Below are positions 1 to 9,119 of a stretch of DNA of 64,000 nt, piece after piece. The stretch's first letter is position 1; the number at the start of each line of letters is the position of its first letter. Below the pieces are notes generated by a model. That model was given only the letters and a program-made list of their open reading frames with translations. It searched no databases and was not told the origin of the DNA. The position numbers and the translations under genes are program-made. Where the stretch lies: positions 3,168,001-3,232,000 of the forward strand of contig OZ244799.1 of NCBI GenBank assembly GCA_965219955.1. Direction: 5' to 3'. Source of the DNA: a bacterium (GTDB taxonomy: Bacteria > UBA8248).

Positions 1-233
1 AAGCTCACCACGCCCCACACCTCCATGGGGGAGACCTCGAAAATCTCGGCCACATGCTGCATCACAGCACTTGTGATGAAGCCCTCCTGCTCCTGGGCCA
101 GTTGAAGCGCGGGGATGAGGGCCGAGCGTTTTACCGGATACTTGGCGATGATGCGCTCCAGTTCCGCGCGGTTCTCGGGCGTGAACTCGAAGCGCTCTTC
201 CTGTCCGGAATGGGGAAACCGTATCAACGCCAA
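1..233 (-). CDS. nuoE: NADH-quinone oxidoreductase subunit E, N-terminal part (runs off window start)
   Basis: Not in the ORF track. Manual translation from TTG at 233 gives ...ELERIIAKYPVKRSALIPALQLAQEQEGFITSAVMQHVAEIFEVSPMEVWGVVSF, a typical NuoE N-terminus, directly after nuoD. Confidence 0.9.
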   Translation of the reverse strand, partial: MALIRFPHSGQEERFEFTPENRAELERIIAKYPVKRSALIPALQLAQEQEGFITSAVMQHVAEIFEVSPMEVWGVVS

Positions 234-257
234 AACAATACCACCCTCTGTTTCACT

Positions 258-1481
258 CTAGCGATCTATCTCGCCCAGCACGATGTCGATGCTGCCGATG
301 GCCGCCACGACGTCGCCCATCAGCCCGCCCCGGGTGATCTCGGAGAGCGCGTGGAGGTTCGCGAAACTCGGTGCGCGCACCTTCACCTTGTAAGGACCCG
401 GGCTGCCGTCGCTGATCATGTAATAGCCGAGTTCCCCCCGTGGGGATTCGATGGCCTGGTACACCTCGCCCTCGGGCACGCTGTAGCCTTCGGTGAATAT
501 CTTGAAATGGTGGATCAGCGCTTCCATGTCGTGGGCCAGCTGTTCCTTGGGCGGCGGCACCACCTTGGGGTTGTCCGCCATGAGCGGCCCCTCGGGCATG
601 CCTTCTAACGCCTGCATGGCGATGCGCCGGGACTCGCGCATCTCGGCGATCCGAACCAGATACCTGTCCAGAATGTCGCCCCGCTCGCCCACGGGAACCT
701 CGAAGTCGAATTCCTCGTAACCCGAGTAGGGCTCGTTCTTGCGGATGTCATAAGGGACGCCGCAGGCCCGGAGCAGCGGCCCCGTGATGCCGAGCGCATA
801 GGCCTGCTCCGCCGTCATGGCGCAAACGCCCTCCGCGCGCCTCAGGTAGATGGGGTTGTTCGTGAGCAGTTCCTCATACTCGTCCACGCGGTCTGAGAAG
901 GGTTCCAGAAAATCCCGGCAATCCTCGTAAAACGTCGGGTAGGGTTCGCGCGCGACGCCGCCCACCCGGAAATAGCTGGTCATCATGCGGACGCCCGAGA
1001 CTTTCTCGAAAATCTTCAAGAGCTGCTCGCGCTCCCTGAAGCAATAGAGAAAGACCGTCATCGCACCCAGATCGAGCGCGTGTGTGCCGAGCCAGACCAG
1101 GTGGCTGTTCAGCCGCGTCATCTCGGCGAGCAGCACGCGCAGGTACTTGCAACGCCGGGGAACCTCCATGTCCAGGAGTTTCTCCACGGCCAGGACGAAG
1201 CCCAGGTTGTTCGACATGGGCGCCAGGTAGTCCATGCGGTCGGTCATGGGGAGGGCCTTGTTGTAGGTTTTCTCCTCCATGTTCTTCTCGATGCCGGTAT
1301 GCAGGTAGCCGATGACGGGCTTGCAGGTGAGCACCGTCTCGCCGTCGAGTTCGAGCACCACGCGCAAGACCCCGTGGGTGCTCGGGTGCTGCGGCCCCAT
1401 GTTGAGCGTCATCGTCTCGGTCTGGATGGGACCGAGCATGTCGCTGTCGAGTGGGTCCGTCTGCCGGGTATCCGTTACCAT
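258..1481 (-). CDS. nuoD: NADH-quinone oxidoreductase subunit D
   Basis: LNMGPQHPSTHGVLR, GYLHTGIEK, DRMDYL, ESPRGELG and C-terminal IDIVLGEIDR motifs. Confidence 0.98.
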   Translation of the reverse strand: MVTDTRQTDPLDSDMLGPIQTETMTLNMGPQHPSTHGVLRVVLELDGETVLTCKPVIGYLHTGIEKNMEEKTYNKALPMTDRMDYLAPMSNNLGFVLAVEKLLDMEVPRRCKYLRVLLAEMTRLNSHLVWLGTHALDLGAMTVFLYCFREREQLLKIFEKVSGVRMMTSYFRVGGVAREPYPTFYEDCRDFLEPFSDRVDEYEELLTNNPIYLRRAEGVCAMTAEQAYALGITGPLLRACGVPYDIRKNEPYSGYEEFDFEVPVGERGDILDRYLVRIAEMRESRRIAMQALEGMPEGPLMADNPKVVPPPKEQLAHDMEALIHHFKIFTEGYSVPEGEVYQAIESPRGELGYYMISDGSPGPYKVKVRAPSFANLHALSEITRGGLMGDVVAAIGSIDIVLGEIDR

Positions 1482-1499
1482 AACCAGCTCCCGTAGTCC

Positions 1500-2060
1500 T
1501 TATTCCGCCGCCTTCGGCTTGCCCGCGGGGGTATCCCGGAACGTAAACGCCACTGGCTCGGAGGAGATGTCGAAATCCTTTCGGTGGGGATGGCCCTCGA
1601 ACCCCTCGGGCGTCAGGATACGCTCGAGTTCGGGATGTCCCTCGAAGGTGATTCCCAGAAGGTCGTACGCCTCGCTCTCATGGAGTCTCGCGCCCGGCCA
1701 TATCCCGCAGACGCTGGGCATCGCCGGTTCGAGATCGTCCGCGCAGGGGGCTTCGATGCGCAGACGCCGCGATTTCTCGGGATTCAGGAGCGAATACGTC
1801 ACCTTGAAACGGTAGGAAACCGGCAACTCCAGACAATCCACCCCGCAGACGAAGCTCAGCAGCTTGTAGCCTCTCTCGTCGCGCAGAAAGCGCGCCGCAT
1901 CGAGCAGGGCGGCCGGCGCGACCTGCGCGGAAATCTGGCCGCGATGTTCCGTCGCCCCGAGAAAGCCTCCCCCGATTTTCGCCTGAAGCAAAACGAGGTC
2001 GGGGTCTTTCTTCTCGATCGGCTCCTCGGCCTCGGCTTGTTCCCGCTCCTCTTCATTCAA
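1500..2060 (-). CDS. nuoC: NADH-quinone oxidoreductase subunit C
   Basis: ESEAYDLLGITFEGHPELERIL...GHPHRKDF motif; lies between nuoB and nuoD; TTG start. Confidence 0.95.
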   Translation of the reverse strand: MNEEEREQAEAEEPIEKKDPDLVLLQAKIGGGFLGATEHRGQISAQVAPAALLDAARFLRDERGYKLLSFVCGVDCLELPVSYRFKVTYSLLNPEKSRRLRIEAPCADDLEPAMPSVCGIWPGARLHESEAYDLLGITFEGHPELERILTPEGFEGHPHRKDFDISSEPVAFTFRDTPAGKPKAAE

Positions 2061-2170
2061 CGGCTCAATCCTTTATTTTTCAAATGTTTGTTTCACTTTA
2101 CGAACAAGCCCGCATCCTGTATTCGCACCGGTTTTCAACTCAGGTGGCGTGGGGGGCTTTCGCGCATCTT

Positions 2171-2668
2171 CTAAAGCGAGGTGACGCCGGAATCCTCTCG
2201 GTAGAGCGTTTCATCCGCAATCTTCGCCTGGAGCTTCATGATCCCGTCGATGAGCGTCTCGGGACGCGGCGGGCAGCCCGGCACGTAGATATCGACGGGC
2301 ACGACTTCGTCCACGCCCTGCACGAGGGCGTAGTTGTTGAATATCCCGCCCGTGGACGCGCACGCGCCCATCGAGATCACCCATTTCGGTTCGGGCATCT
2401 GATCGTATATCTGCCGGAGCACGGGCGCCATCTTCCGCGACACCCGGCCCGCCACGATCATCAAATCCGCCTGGCGGGGCGACGCGCGGAACACCTCGGC
2501 GCCGAAGCGCGAAATGTCGTATTTCGCCGCCGAGGTCGACATCATCTCGATAGCGCAGCACGCCAGCCCGAAAAGCGCGGGCCACAGGCTGTTCTTGCGC
2601 GCCCATTTGATGACGTCGGTCGCGCGGCCCAGCACCACCTGGCCTTCGAGTTGTTGTTCTAGTCCCAT
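2171..2668 (-). CDS. nuoB: NADH-quinone oxidoreductase subunit B
   Basis: [38 protein letters not shown]; start set at ATG 2668, which overlaps the nuoA end. Confidence 0.97.
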   Translation of the reverse strand: MGLEQQLEGQVVLGRATDVIKWARKNSLWPALFGLACCAIEMMSTSAAKYDISRFGAEVFRASPRQADLMIVAGRVSRKMAPVLRQIYDQMPEPKWVISMGACASTGGIFNNYALVQGVDEVVPVDIYVPGCPPRPETLIDGIMKLQAKIADETLYREDSGVTSL

Positions 2669-3015
2669 TCGAGCGCTCCCCGGCGCCATTCGTATATCAG
2701 ACTGGCCACCAGCAAAGCCATGAAAGGCAGAATCGCGACGAACCCGTATACGCCCAGGCTCTTCAGGTTCACCGCCCACGGAAACAGGAAGATGGTCTCC
2801 ACGTCGAAGACGATGAACAGGATCGCCACCAGAAAGAATTTCACGCTGAAGCGCCCGCGCGCGTTCGATTGGGGCACGATGCCGCACTCATAGGCGACGT
2901 CCTTCTCCACCGTGGACTTGCGCCTGCCCAGGAGAAACGTCACGCCCAGGTTCACGATGGCGAACCCGACCGCCAGCGCCAGCAGAATCAATATGGGTAA
3001 ATACTCTTCCGGCAT
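2659..3015 (-). CDS. nuoA: NADH-quinone oxidoreductase subunit A
   Basis: [29 protein letters not shown]; start MPEEYLP at 3015. Confidence 0.97.
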   Translation of the reverse strand: MPEEYLPILILLALAVGFAIVNLGVTFLLGRRKSTVEKDVAYECGIVPQSNARGRFSVKFFLVAILFIVFDVETIFLFPWAVNLKSLGVYGFVAILPFMALLVASLIYEWRRGALEWD

Positions 3016-3082
3016 TTCCCGCCCCCACGGCGCTCGGACACGCGCCTTTTTCTCATGCCACATGGGATGTCAAATCGAGCGC

Positions 3083-3111
3083 ATCTTACGGCTGGCATCC
3101 CGTGGTGTCAA
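3083..3111 (-). promoter_or_regulatory. sigma70-type promoter of the nuo operon
   Basis: Minus strand reads TTGACA-17 nt-TAAGAT about 70 bp upstream of nuoA. Confidence 0.7.
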
Positions 3112-3324
3112 CAATTCGCCGCCGCATACTCCATAAACCAAAAACCAACCCAAACTCCATACAACCCCTGCTCTATATTGTTGCTCACGCACAGGAATTT
3201 TACCGTTTTCTCTCTCTTGAAAATAGGGTATTTTGTTCTTGCCGCCATCTACCGCCCGGGAGAATGGCGCGCCTGTACGAATACCCGTGACGTTCTCCCG
3301 CGCGCGGGCATGAGGGTTTGAGCC

Positions 3325-4455
3325 ATGAACGAACCGAATCCACTCACCAGGGCGCATCTCGACGCCTTGAAACGCGAATTCGAGGAACTGGCGCAGCGGC
3401 AGGTGGGCTATCCCTGCAACCAGAGTTTCGATTATTCGGAGTTGACGCCCTTTCTGGAATACACCCTCAACAACGTGGGCGACCCCTTTCACGACAGCAA
3501 TTTCCGCAGCAACACGCACGAGATCGAGCGCGAGGTCATCGCCCGGTTCGCCTCCCTGATGCACCTGGAACAGGAGCAGGCCTGGGGCTACGTCACCTCC
3601 GGCGGAACCGAGGGGAACATGTACGGCATCTATATGGGGCGCGAGCTGTTCCCGGACGGGGTGGTGTATTTCTCGCAGGACACGCACTACAGCGTCCTCA
3701 AGATCCTGCGCGTGCTGAACGTGCGCAACATCATGATCAAGAGTCAGGAAAACGGAGAAATCGACTACGAGGACCTCCGCGAGACCATCCGCATCCACCG
3801 CGACGCGCCGGTCATCTTCATGGCGAACATCGGCTCCACGATGAAAGGCGCCGTGGACGACGTGAGCAGGGTGCGCGGCATCCTCGACGACCTGGCCGTC
3901 ACGAACGCCTACATCCACGCGGACGCCGCCCTGAGCGGCATGATCCTGCCCTTCGTCGATGAGCCGCAGCCCTACGGCTTCGACGCCGGTTTCGACAGCG
4001 TCTCCATCAGCGGGCACAAGCTCATCGGCTGTCCGCTGCCCTGTGGCGTCGTGCTGACGAAACGCGATTACGTGGCGCGCATCGCGCGTTCGATAGAATA
4101 CGTGGGCGTGCTCGACACCACGCTGCCCGGCTCGCGCAACGCGCTGACGCCGCTCATGCTCTGGTACGCCTTCGAGCGCCTGGGGATGGAGGGATTCCGG
4201 GAGCTGGTGGCGGAAATGCTGGCGGTCGCCGAGTACGCGGTCGAGCGCTTCGGCGAGTTCGGCGTCCCCGCGTGGCGCCACAAGAACTCGGTGACGGTCG
4301 TTTTCCCGAGACCCCCGGGCGAGGTGTCGCGCAAGTGGCAGATCGCGCCGCTGGGCGACATCGCCCACATCATCACCATGCCGCACGTCACGCGCGAGAT
4401 GGTGAACGAGTTCGTCGACGACTGCGTGAAGCAAAAACACAGGCAAACGGCCTGA
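3325..4455 (+). CDS. hdcA: PLP-dependent group II decarboxylase (histidine/serine decarboxylase family)
   Basis: WGYVTSGGTEGN, DTHYSV, HADAALSG, SGHK (PLP lysine), GSRN; length matches bacterial HDC. Confidence 0.85.
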   Translation: MNEPNPLTRAHLDALKREFEELAQRQVGYPCNQSFDYSELTPFLEYTLNNVGDPFHDSNFRSNTHEIEREVIARFASLMHLEQEQAWGYVTSGGTEGNMYGIYMGRELFPDGVVYFSQDTHYSVLKILRVLNVRNIMIKSQENGEIDYEDLRETIRIHRDAPVIFMANIGSTMKGAVDDVSRVRGILDDLAVTNAYIHADAALSGMILPFVDEPQPYGFDAGFDSVSISGHKLIGCPLPCGVVLTKRDYVARIARSIEYVGVLDTTLPGSRNALTPLMLWYAFERLGMEGFRELVAEMLAVAEYAVERFGEFGVPAWRHKNSVTVVFPRPPGEVSRKWQIAPLGDIAHIITMPHVTREMVNEFVDDCVKQKHRQTA

Positions 4456-4467
4456 GGAGGATTCCGG

Positions 4468-4860
4468 ATGAACCGAATCATCATCACGGTGCGCGACGAG
4501 GTCGGCGTCATCGCGGACATCAGCAAGGCGCTCGCCGATGAGAACATCAACATCGAAGCCCTGAACACCGAGGTCGCAGGCGAGAAGGGCGTCGTCATCC
4601 TGACCACGAACGAGTCCGACCGCGCCCTGCGCGTGCTCATGAACGCGGGCTTCCGGGCGATCTCGGACGAGGCGATGATCATCAGGCTGCGCGACGAGCC
4701 GGGCGCCCTCGCCAAGGTGGCGGAGAAATTCAAGATCGCGGGCGTGAACATCCAGAGCATGCACATCCTGAACCGCCACGCCGGCTACGCGAACGTCGCC
4801 CTGACCGCGGACGACGAGGCGAAGGCCAAGGTGCTGTTAGAGGGCGAGGACGTGCTCTAA
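4468..4860 (+). CDS. Tandem ACT-domain amino-acid-binding protein
   Basis: Two ACT repeats (DEVGVIADISKALADENINIE; DEPGALAKVAEKFKIAGVNIQS); RBS GAGGAGG. Confidence 0.85.
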   Translation: MNRIIITVRDEVGVIADISKALADENINIEALNTEVAGEKGVVILTTNESDRALRVLMNAGFRAISDEAMIIRLRDEPGALAKVAEKFKIAGVNIQSMHILNRHAGYANVALTADDEAKAKVLLEGEDVL

Positions 4861-4888
4861 AAATTCCCGTAAGAGTCATTCCCGGTTT

Positions 4889-5361
4889 TGTAGTCGGTCA
4901 GGCCCCTGTGCCTGTTCGATGGAGGACAACCACAGGGGGTTGTCCCTACGGTCTCCGAATTCACCATCGGCCAGACTGCAAGTTGCCGTCATTCCGGGGC
5001 ATGCCGGAATCCAGTGGCTTCGCTTTTGTATTTGTCTTTTCTCTTTATCGTTTTTCTTGGCCCTCCTGCGATTCGGTATCCCCGTCTGCTCTGGATTCCG
5101 GCATGCGCCGGAATGACGACCAAAAACGAACGAAGGGGCAGGCATAAATCCACCCCTGTGGATGCGCACCGCTTTTGTAGGGACAGGTCGCGACCTGTCC
5201 CTGCGAGCAACAACCACGGGGGGCAGAGTGGGAAAACCGACCCAAAAGGGAAGAACACTCAAAGCGCGGCCTCAATAATTACTCTCCCCTTGAGGGGTCG
5301 AGCTTGCCGAGGATGGAAATTTGCGATGGATTTGTAGGGGCCGCTCGCGAACGGCCCCTAC
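4889..5361. repeat. Intergenic REP cluster (GTAG-type palindromes, a CGTC-type doublet at 4987-5118, a MITE end fragment at about 5280)
   Basis: CGTCATTCCGG..GCCGGAATCCA and its inverse TGGATTCCGG..CCGGAATGACG; GTAGGGGCCGCTCGCGAACGGCCCCTAC; the same families recur elsewhere in the window. Confidence 0.8.
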
Positions 5362-5385
5362 GGGCGGTATCTCCTGGCGGACGGC

Positions 5386-6255
5386 TCACCCCGCCAGGAT
5401 CAGCAACACGATTCCCGCCAGGATCACCACGCCGCCCAGCAGCGTCTCGCGGACGCGCTCGCGCTCCTTGAAGAAGACGTAGCCGATCCCGACCGCCAGG
5501 AGAATCTCGACCTGTTTCACCGATTCCACATAAGAAGTGAGCGTGAGGCGGTAGGCCTCCGCCTGGGCCAGGCTCGTGATGAAGGCGAACAGCCCCAGGG
5601 AGACGAAGCCTTTCCAGAGTTTGGGCGCGTCCTTGAAGTGCTCGGCGGATTTCCACAACGTCAGGGGCAGCACGACGAGCGACGCCGCCGCATAAGTCAT
5701 GAACGTCCCGAAAGTCGCGTCCGAGAGCACCGCCGCTTGCTTGAACGTGATCACCGAAGGCGCGTACAGCAGCGAGGCGAGCACGGTGTAGCGCATCCCC
5801 TTGTCGGTGAACAGCGCGCGGACGGGCTCGAACCAGCCGATTTTTGCGCGCGAGACGTTCAGTCCGTAGACGCCCGCGAGGGTGACGAGGATGCCCACGA
5901 GCCCCCAGGCGGAGGGCGTCTCGCCCAGCGTGATGAAAGCGAGCACCACCAGCCAGATGGTCGCGAGCTTCCACAGCGAGGTCACCACGCCCATCGAACC
6001 GTAGAGGAGCGCCTTCGAGAGCGAGAGCGTGGCCGCCGTCTGCAGGAAGCCGAAGAGGACGCAATACCACCAGAAGCCGGGCTGTATCTCGGGCATGCCC
6101 CGCATCCACACCGCGGCGGCCGCGAAGGGGAGCAGGAACGCGAACCGCCCCAGCACGTTGATGTACTCATCGAGCTTGTGGCCGATGGATTTCATCGCCG
6201 CGTTTCTGAGCACCTGCGCGAGGGCCGCTATGACGGCGAGCGTCACCCAGTCCAT
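5386..6255 (-). CDS. EamA/DMT family transporter
   Basis: About 10 hydrophobic segments in two repeats (LGETPS..., FFKER...); start MDWVTL after GGAGCAGGAC. Confidence 0.85.
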   Translation of the reverse strand: MDWVTLAVIAALAQVLRNAAMKSIGHKLDEYINVLGRFAFLLPFAAAAVWMRGMPEIQPGFWWYCVLFGFLQTAATLSLSKALLYGSMGVVTSLWKLATIWLVVLAFITLGETPSAWGLVGILVTLAGVYGLNVSRAKIGWFEPVRALFTDKGMRYTVLASLLYAPSVITFKQAAVLSDATFGTFMTYAAASLVVLPLTLWKSAEHFKDAPKLWKGFVSLGLFAFITSLAQAEAYRLTLTSYVESVKQVEILLAVGIGYVFFKERERVRETLLGGVVILAGIVLLILAG

Positions 6256-6465
6256 GTCCTGCTCCTCTGCCCCTTCCCGCGTGAAAAAACCAGGGCCATT
6301 TCTACGCGCACTTTGGGTGTAAGTCCAATAGCAGCCATGTTTCGCGAGGCCGCGCACCCAAAGCCCTCCCAAAGCGAAGCGAAATCCCTCTCCCATCTGA
6401 CACGTCGGCGCGCCGTGTGATAATCTGGCGATTGTGATTCGTTCCCCTGAAAGGAGTTTCGTCTC

Positions 6466-7494
6466 ATGATTCGCGACGACGTATTCGTATTCGACAACGT
6501 GGTGCACATGTACGACTACTCGGATGAGAACCTCGTCTCCGAGAAAAGCGAATACGACCGCCACTACCACGTGAGCAAGGTGCTCGGCAGGAGGCGGACG
6601 GCGCCCACGGACGTCTACGCGAACTGGCACCCGGTGGAGGGCTTCAAGCGCCGCTGGAGCGTGGAGGACATGGGCCGCCTCGTCTTTGAGGATTCGGGCA
6701 CCGACATGGCGATGGCGCAGGCCGTGCCCCTGTTCGATCTTTATAAAGACGGCTTCGCTCCCGTGAAGGCGCAGTACGCCTTCGCCCAGGCCTATCCCGA
6801 ACGCTGCCTGTTCTGCGGGGCCGTGGACCCGATGTACCCGAGCGTGGCCGCCGCGTGCGAGGAGATGGAGCGCCAGGTGAAGGAGTGGGGGGCCAAATCC
6901 ATCAAAATCTACAACGCCCACGTGGACGGGAAATCCTGGGCGTGCGACGACCCCGAAATCGCCTATCCCCTCTATGAGAAAGGACGCGAGCTGGGTATCG
7001 AGGTATTCCAGTTCCACAAGGGAAACCCCATCACGCGGGCGAAGCTGCGCGACCTCTCACCGCTCGACATCGAGGGCGCGGCCCTCGATTTTCCCGATCT
7101 GCTCTTCGGCGTCCACCACCTGGCGGTGCCCTATTTCGAAGAGGTCGTCTGGATGGCCAACCGCTACGAGAACGTCTTCCTCGTGCTCTCGGGCATCGGC
7201 CACACGCCGATGATCGCGCCCAGGACCTTCACCGAATGGATGGGCAGACTGCTGCGCGACGTGGGCTCCGAGCGAGTGCTCTGGGGTTCGGAGATGGCGC
7301 TCCTTGGAAACGCGAAGCCCGTCATCGAGTGGATATGGGAGATGGAGATCCCCGAATCCATGCAGGACGACTACGGCTATCCGCAGATCACCGAGCAGGA
7401 CAAGCGCAACATCCTGGGTCTCAACCAGGCGCGCATCTTCGGCGTGGACGTGGAGGCCAAGAAACGAGAGCTCTGGAACGGAGCGGCGCGATGA
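6466..7494 (+). CDS. Amidohydrolase_2 family metal-dependent hydrolase
   Basis: TIM-barrel motifs DNVVH, GAVDP, IKIY, FHKG, VHHL, WGSE, KRNILGLNQARIFG; RBS AAGGAG. Confidence 0.85.
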   Translation: MIRDDVFVFDNVVHMYDYSDENLVSEKSEYDRHYHVSKVLGRRRTAPTDVYANWHPVEGFKRRWSVEDMGRLVFEDSGTDMAMAQAVPLFDLYKDGFAPVKAQYAFAQAYPERCLFCGAVDPMYPSVAAACEEMERQVKEWGAKSIKIYNAHVDGKSWACDDPEIAYPLYEKGRELGIEVFQFHKGNPITRAKLRDLSPLDIEGAALDFPDLLFGVHHLAVPYFEEVVWMANRYENVFLVLSGIGHTPMIAPRTFTEWMGRLLRDVGSERVLWGSEMALLGNAKPVIEWIWEMEIPESMQDDYGYPQITEQDKRNILGLNQARIFGVDVEAKKRELWNGAAR

Positions 7495-7829
7495 ACGACC
7501 ACGAAGCCCTCATCACCGACGTCGAGGACATCATCGAGACGCAGATTCGCCCGCTTCTCAAGATTCACGGCGGGGGCATCACGCTCGAGCGCGTGAGCGA
7601 GAAGGGAGAAGTTTCGCTTCGCTTCGAGGGCGCGTGCCGGGGCTGCATGCTCAAGAGCGTCACCTACGCCCTGGGCGTGCGCCAGAAGCTCATGCAGCAT
7701 CCCGGCGTTACGGACGTCGCCGTCGAGGGCGTGCGCATCTCCGATCACGCCATCAAGCGGGTGGAGAAATTCTACTCCGGCTATTCGTTTTGGGTGGGGC
7801 ATCCGCTCAAAGACCAATCACCGTCTTGA
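7491..7829 (+). CDS. NifU/NfuA C-terminal domain protein (CxxC)
   Basis: IRPLLKIHGGGITL...FEGACRGC motif; ATG overlaps the amidohydrolase stop (ATGA). Confidence 0.85.
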   Translation: MNDHEALITDVEDIIETQIRPLLKIHGGGITLERVSEKGEVSLRFEGACRGCMLKSVTYALGVRQKLMQHPGVTDVAVEGVRISDHAIKRVEKFYSGYSFWVGHPLKDQSPS

Positions 7830-9115
7830 TCGCATCGCGCTACCAGACACGAAAAGACCTGCGCCTGTGGTACGGGTGGGTGATCCTCCTGGCCGTCTTC
7901 ATCATCATGACGGTGGTCATCGGCATCAGAAACTCCATCGGCGTTTTCTTCAAGGAGATATCGGGCGAGTTCGGCTGGAACCGCGCGCAGACGGCCGGCG
8001 CCTTCACCATGGGCATGCTCGGCCAGGGGCTGGTGGCTCCTTTCGCGGGATGGGTGCTCGAACGCTTCAACATGCGCTGGGTGATCGGGGCGGGAATTCT
8101 CGTGAACGGGGCGGCGCTCATCATCGGCGCCTACATCGACGCGCTCTGGCATTTTTACGCCATGTATTTTCTGCTCTCGCTCGGCTTCGCCTTCACGGCC
8201 AATCTGCCCCAGGTGCAACTGCTCGCCAACTGGTTCGTCCTGAAGCGCGGATTGGCGATGGGGTTTTCGCACGCCGCCCAGGGGCTGGCGCCCATCGTGA
8301 ACATCTTCACGCCCCTGCTCATCGCGGGCCTCGGCTGGCGGGGGAGCTACCTGGCGCTGGCGGGGATTGTTCTCCTTTTCGTATTACCATTCGCCGTGGC
8401 GCTGCTGCGCGAGCACCCCAGAGAGAAACGCACCGCGCCCGACGCGCCCTTTCTCACGTCCGAGGAGTTCTCCCGAGCGCGCGCGAGGAGCGCCGTCATC
8501 ATTCCTGTGGATAAAGAGAAAGAGACCGCCTCATTCTCTTTTTTCTTCACCCGCAGGTTCATGCTGATCGGAGGCATCTACGGCAGCATCGCCTACATCT
8601 TTACCGCCGTCCTGGTGCACCTGATCCCCCACGCGACGGACCAGGGCTTCTCCACCTCGGGGGGCGCCGCGCTATTCGCCCTCTACGGAGCGGCCCTCGT
8701 CGTGGGAAACGGGCTGAGCGCGGTATCGGACCGCATCGGGAGGCTCCCCACCTTCATGGTGGGGGTGGTGTGCGGGTTGGCCGCATGTTACCTCCTGGCC
8801 GCCTTCACGCAGGCGTCTGCCGAGTGGCGGATATACGCGGGCGCCATGGGGGTGGGCTTCGCCCTGGGATTCGTCCGGCCCACGGCGTCCTCTCTTCTGG
8901 CGGATCATTTCGCGGGGCCGGGCTTCGGCCTCGTGAACGGGTGCGCGATGATGGTCTTCTCCATCCTGGGCGCTCTCGGCCCCCTCGTGACGGGGATGCT
9001 CTTCGATGCGAGCGGGAACTATTATTCGGGTTTCCTCCTCGTGGGCTGCATGTTCATCACGGGCGCGATTTTCGTCGTGAGCCTCTCGCGCATGCCGCGG
9101 GAAGAACGCGGCTAG
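7826..9115 (+). CDS. MFS transporter (OFA/MCT-like)
   Basis: WYGWVIL, FGWNRAQT, NWFVLKRGLA, SDRIGR, about 12 TM segments; TTG start overlaps the NifU stop. Confidence 0.9.
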   Translation: MIASRYQTRKDLRLWYGWVILLAVFIIMTVVIGIRNSIGVFFKEISGEFGWNRAQTAGAFTMGMLGQGLVAPFAGWVLERFNMRWVIGAGILVNGAALIIGAYIDALWHFYAMYFLLSLGFAFTANLPQVQLLANWFVLKRGLAMGFSHAAQGLAPIVNIFTPLLIAGLGWRGSYLALAGIVLLFVLPFAVALLREHPREKRTAPDAPFLTSEEFSRARARSAVIIPVDKEKETASFSFFFTRRFMLIGGIYGSIAYIFTAVLVHLIPHATDQGFSTSGGAALFALYGAALVVGNGLSAVSDRIGRLPTFMVGVVCGLAACYLLAAFTQASAEWRIYAGAMGVGFALGFVRPTASSLLADHFAGPGFGLVNGCAMMVFSILGALGPLVTGMLFDASGNYYSGFLLVGCMFITGAIFVVSLSRMPREERG

Positions 9116-9119
9116 GACC

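Noticed and set aside
4876-5337. Several short ORFs in the track over the repeat cluster
   Set aside because: They are translations of palindromic REP sequence with no RBS or family motifs; the same holds for ORFs over 37385-37932, 45339-45863 and 63525-63981.
5386-7017. 543-aa ORF suggesting an extended EamA fusion
   Set aside because: The extension is the antisense of the amidohydrolase gene; the real start is the ATG at 6255.
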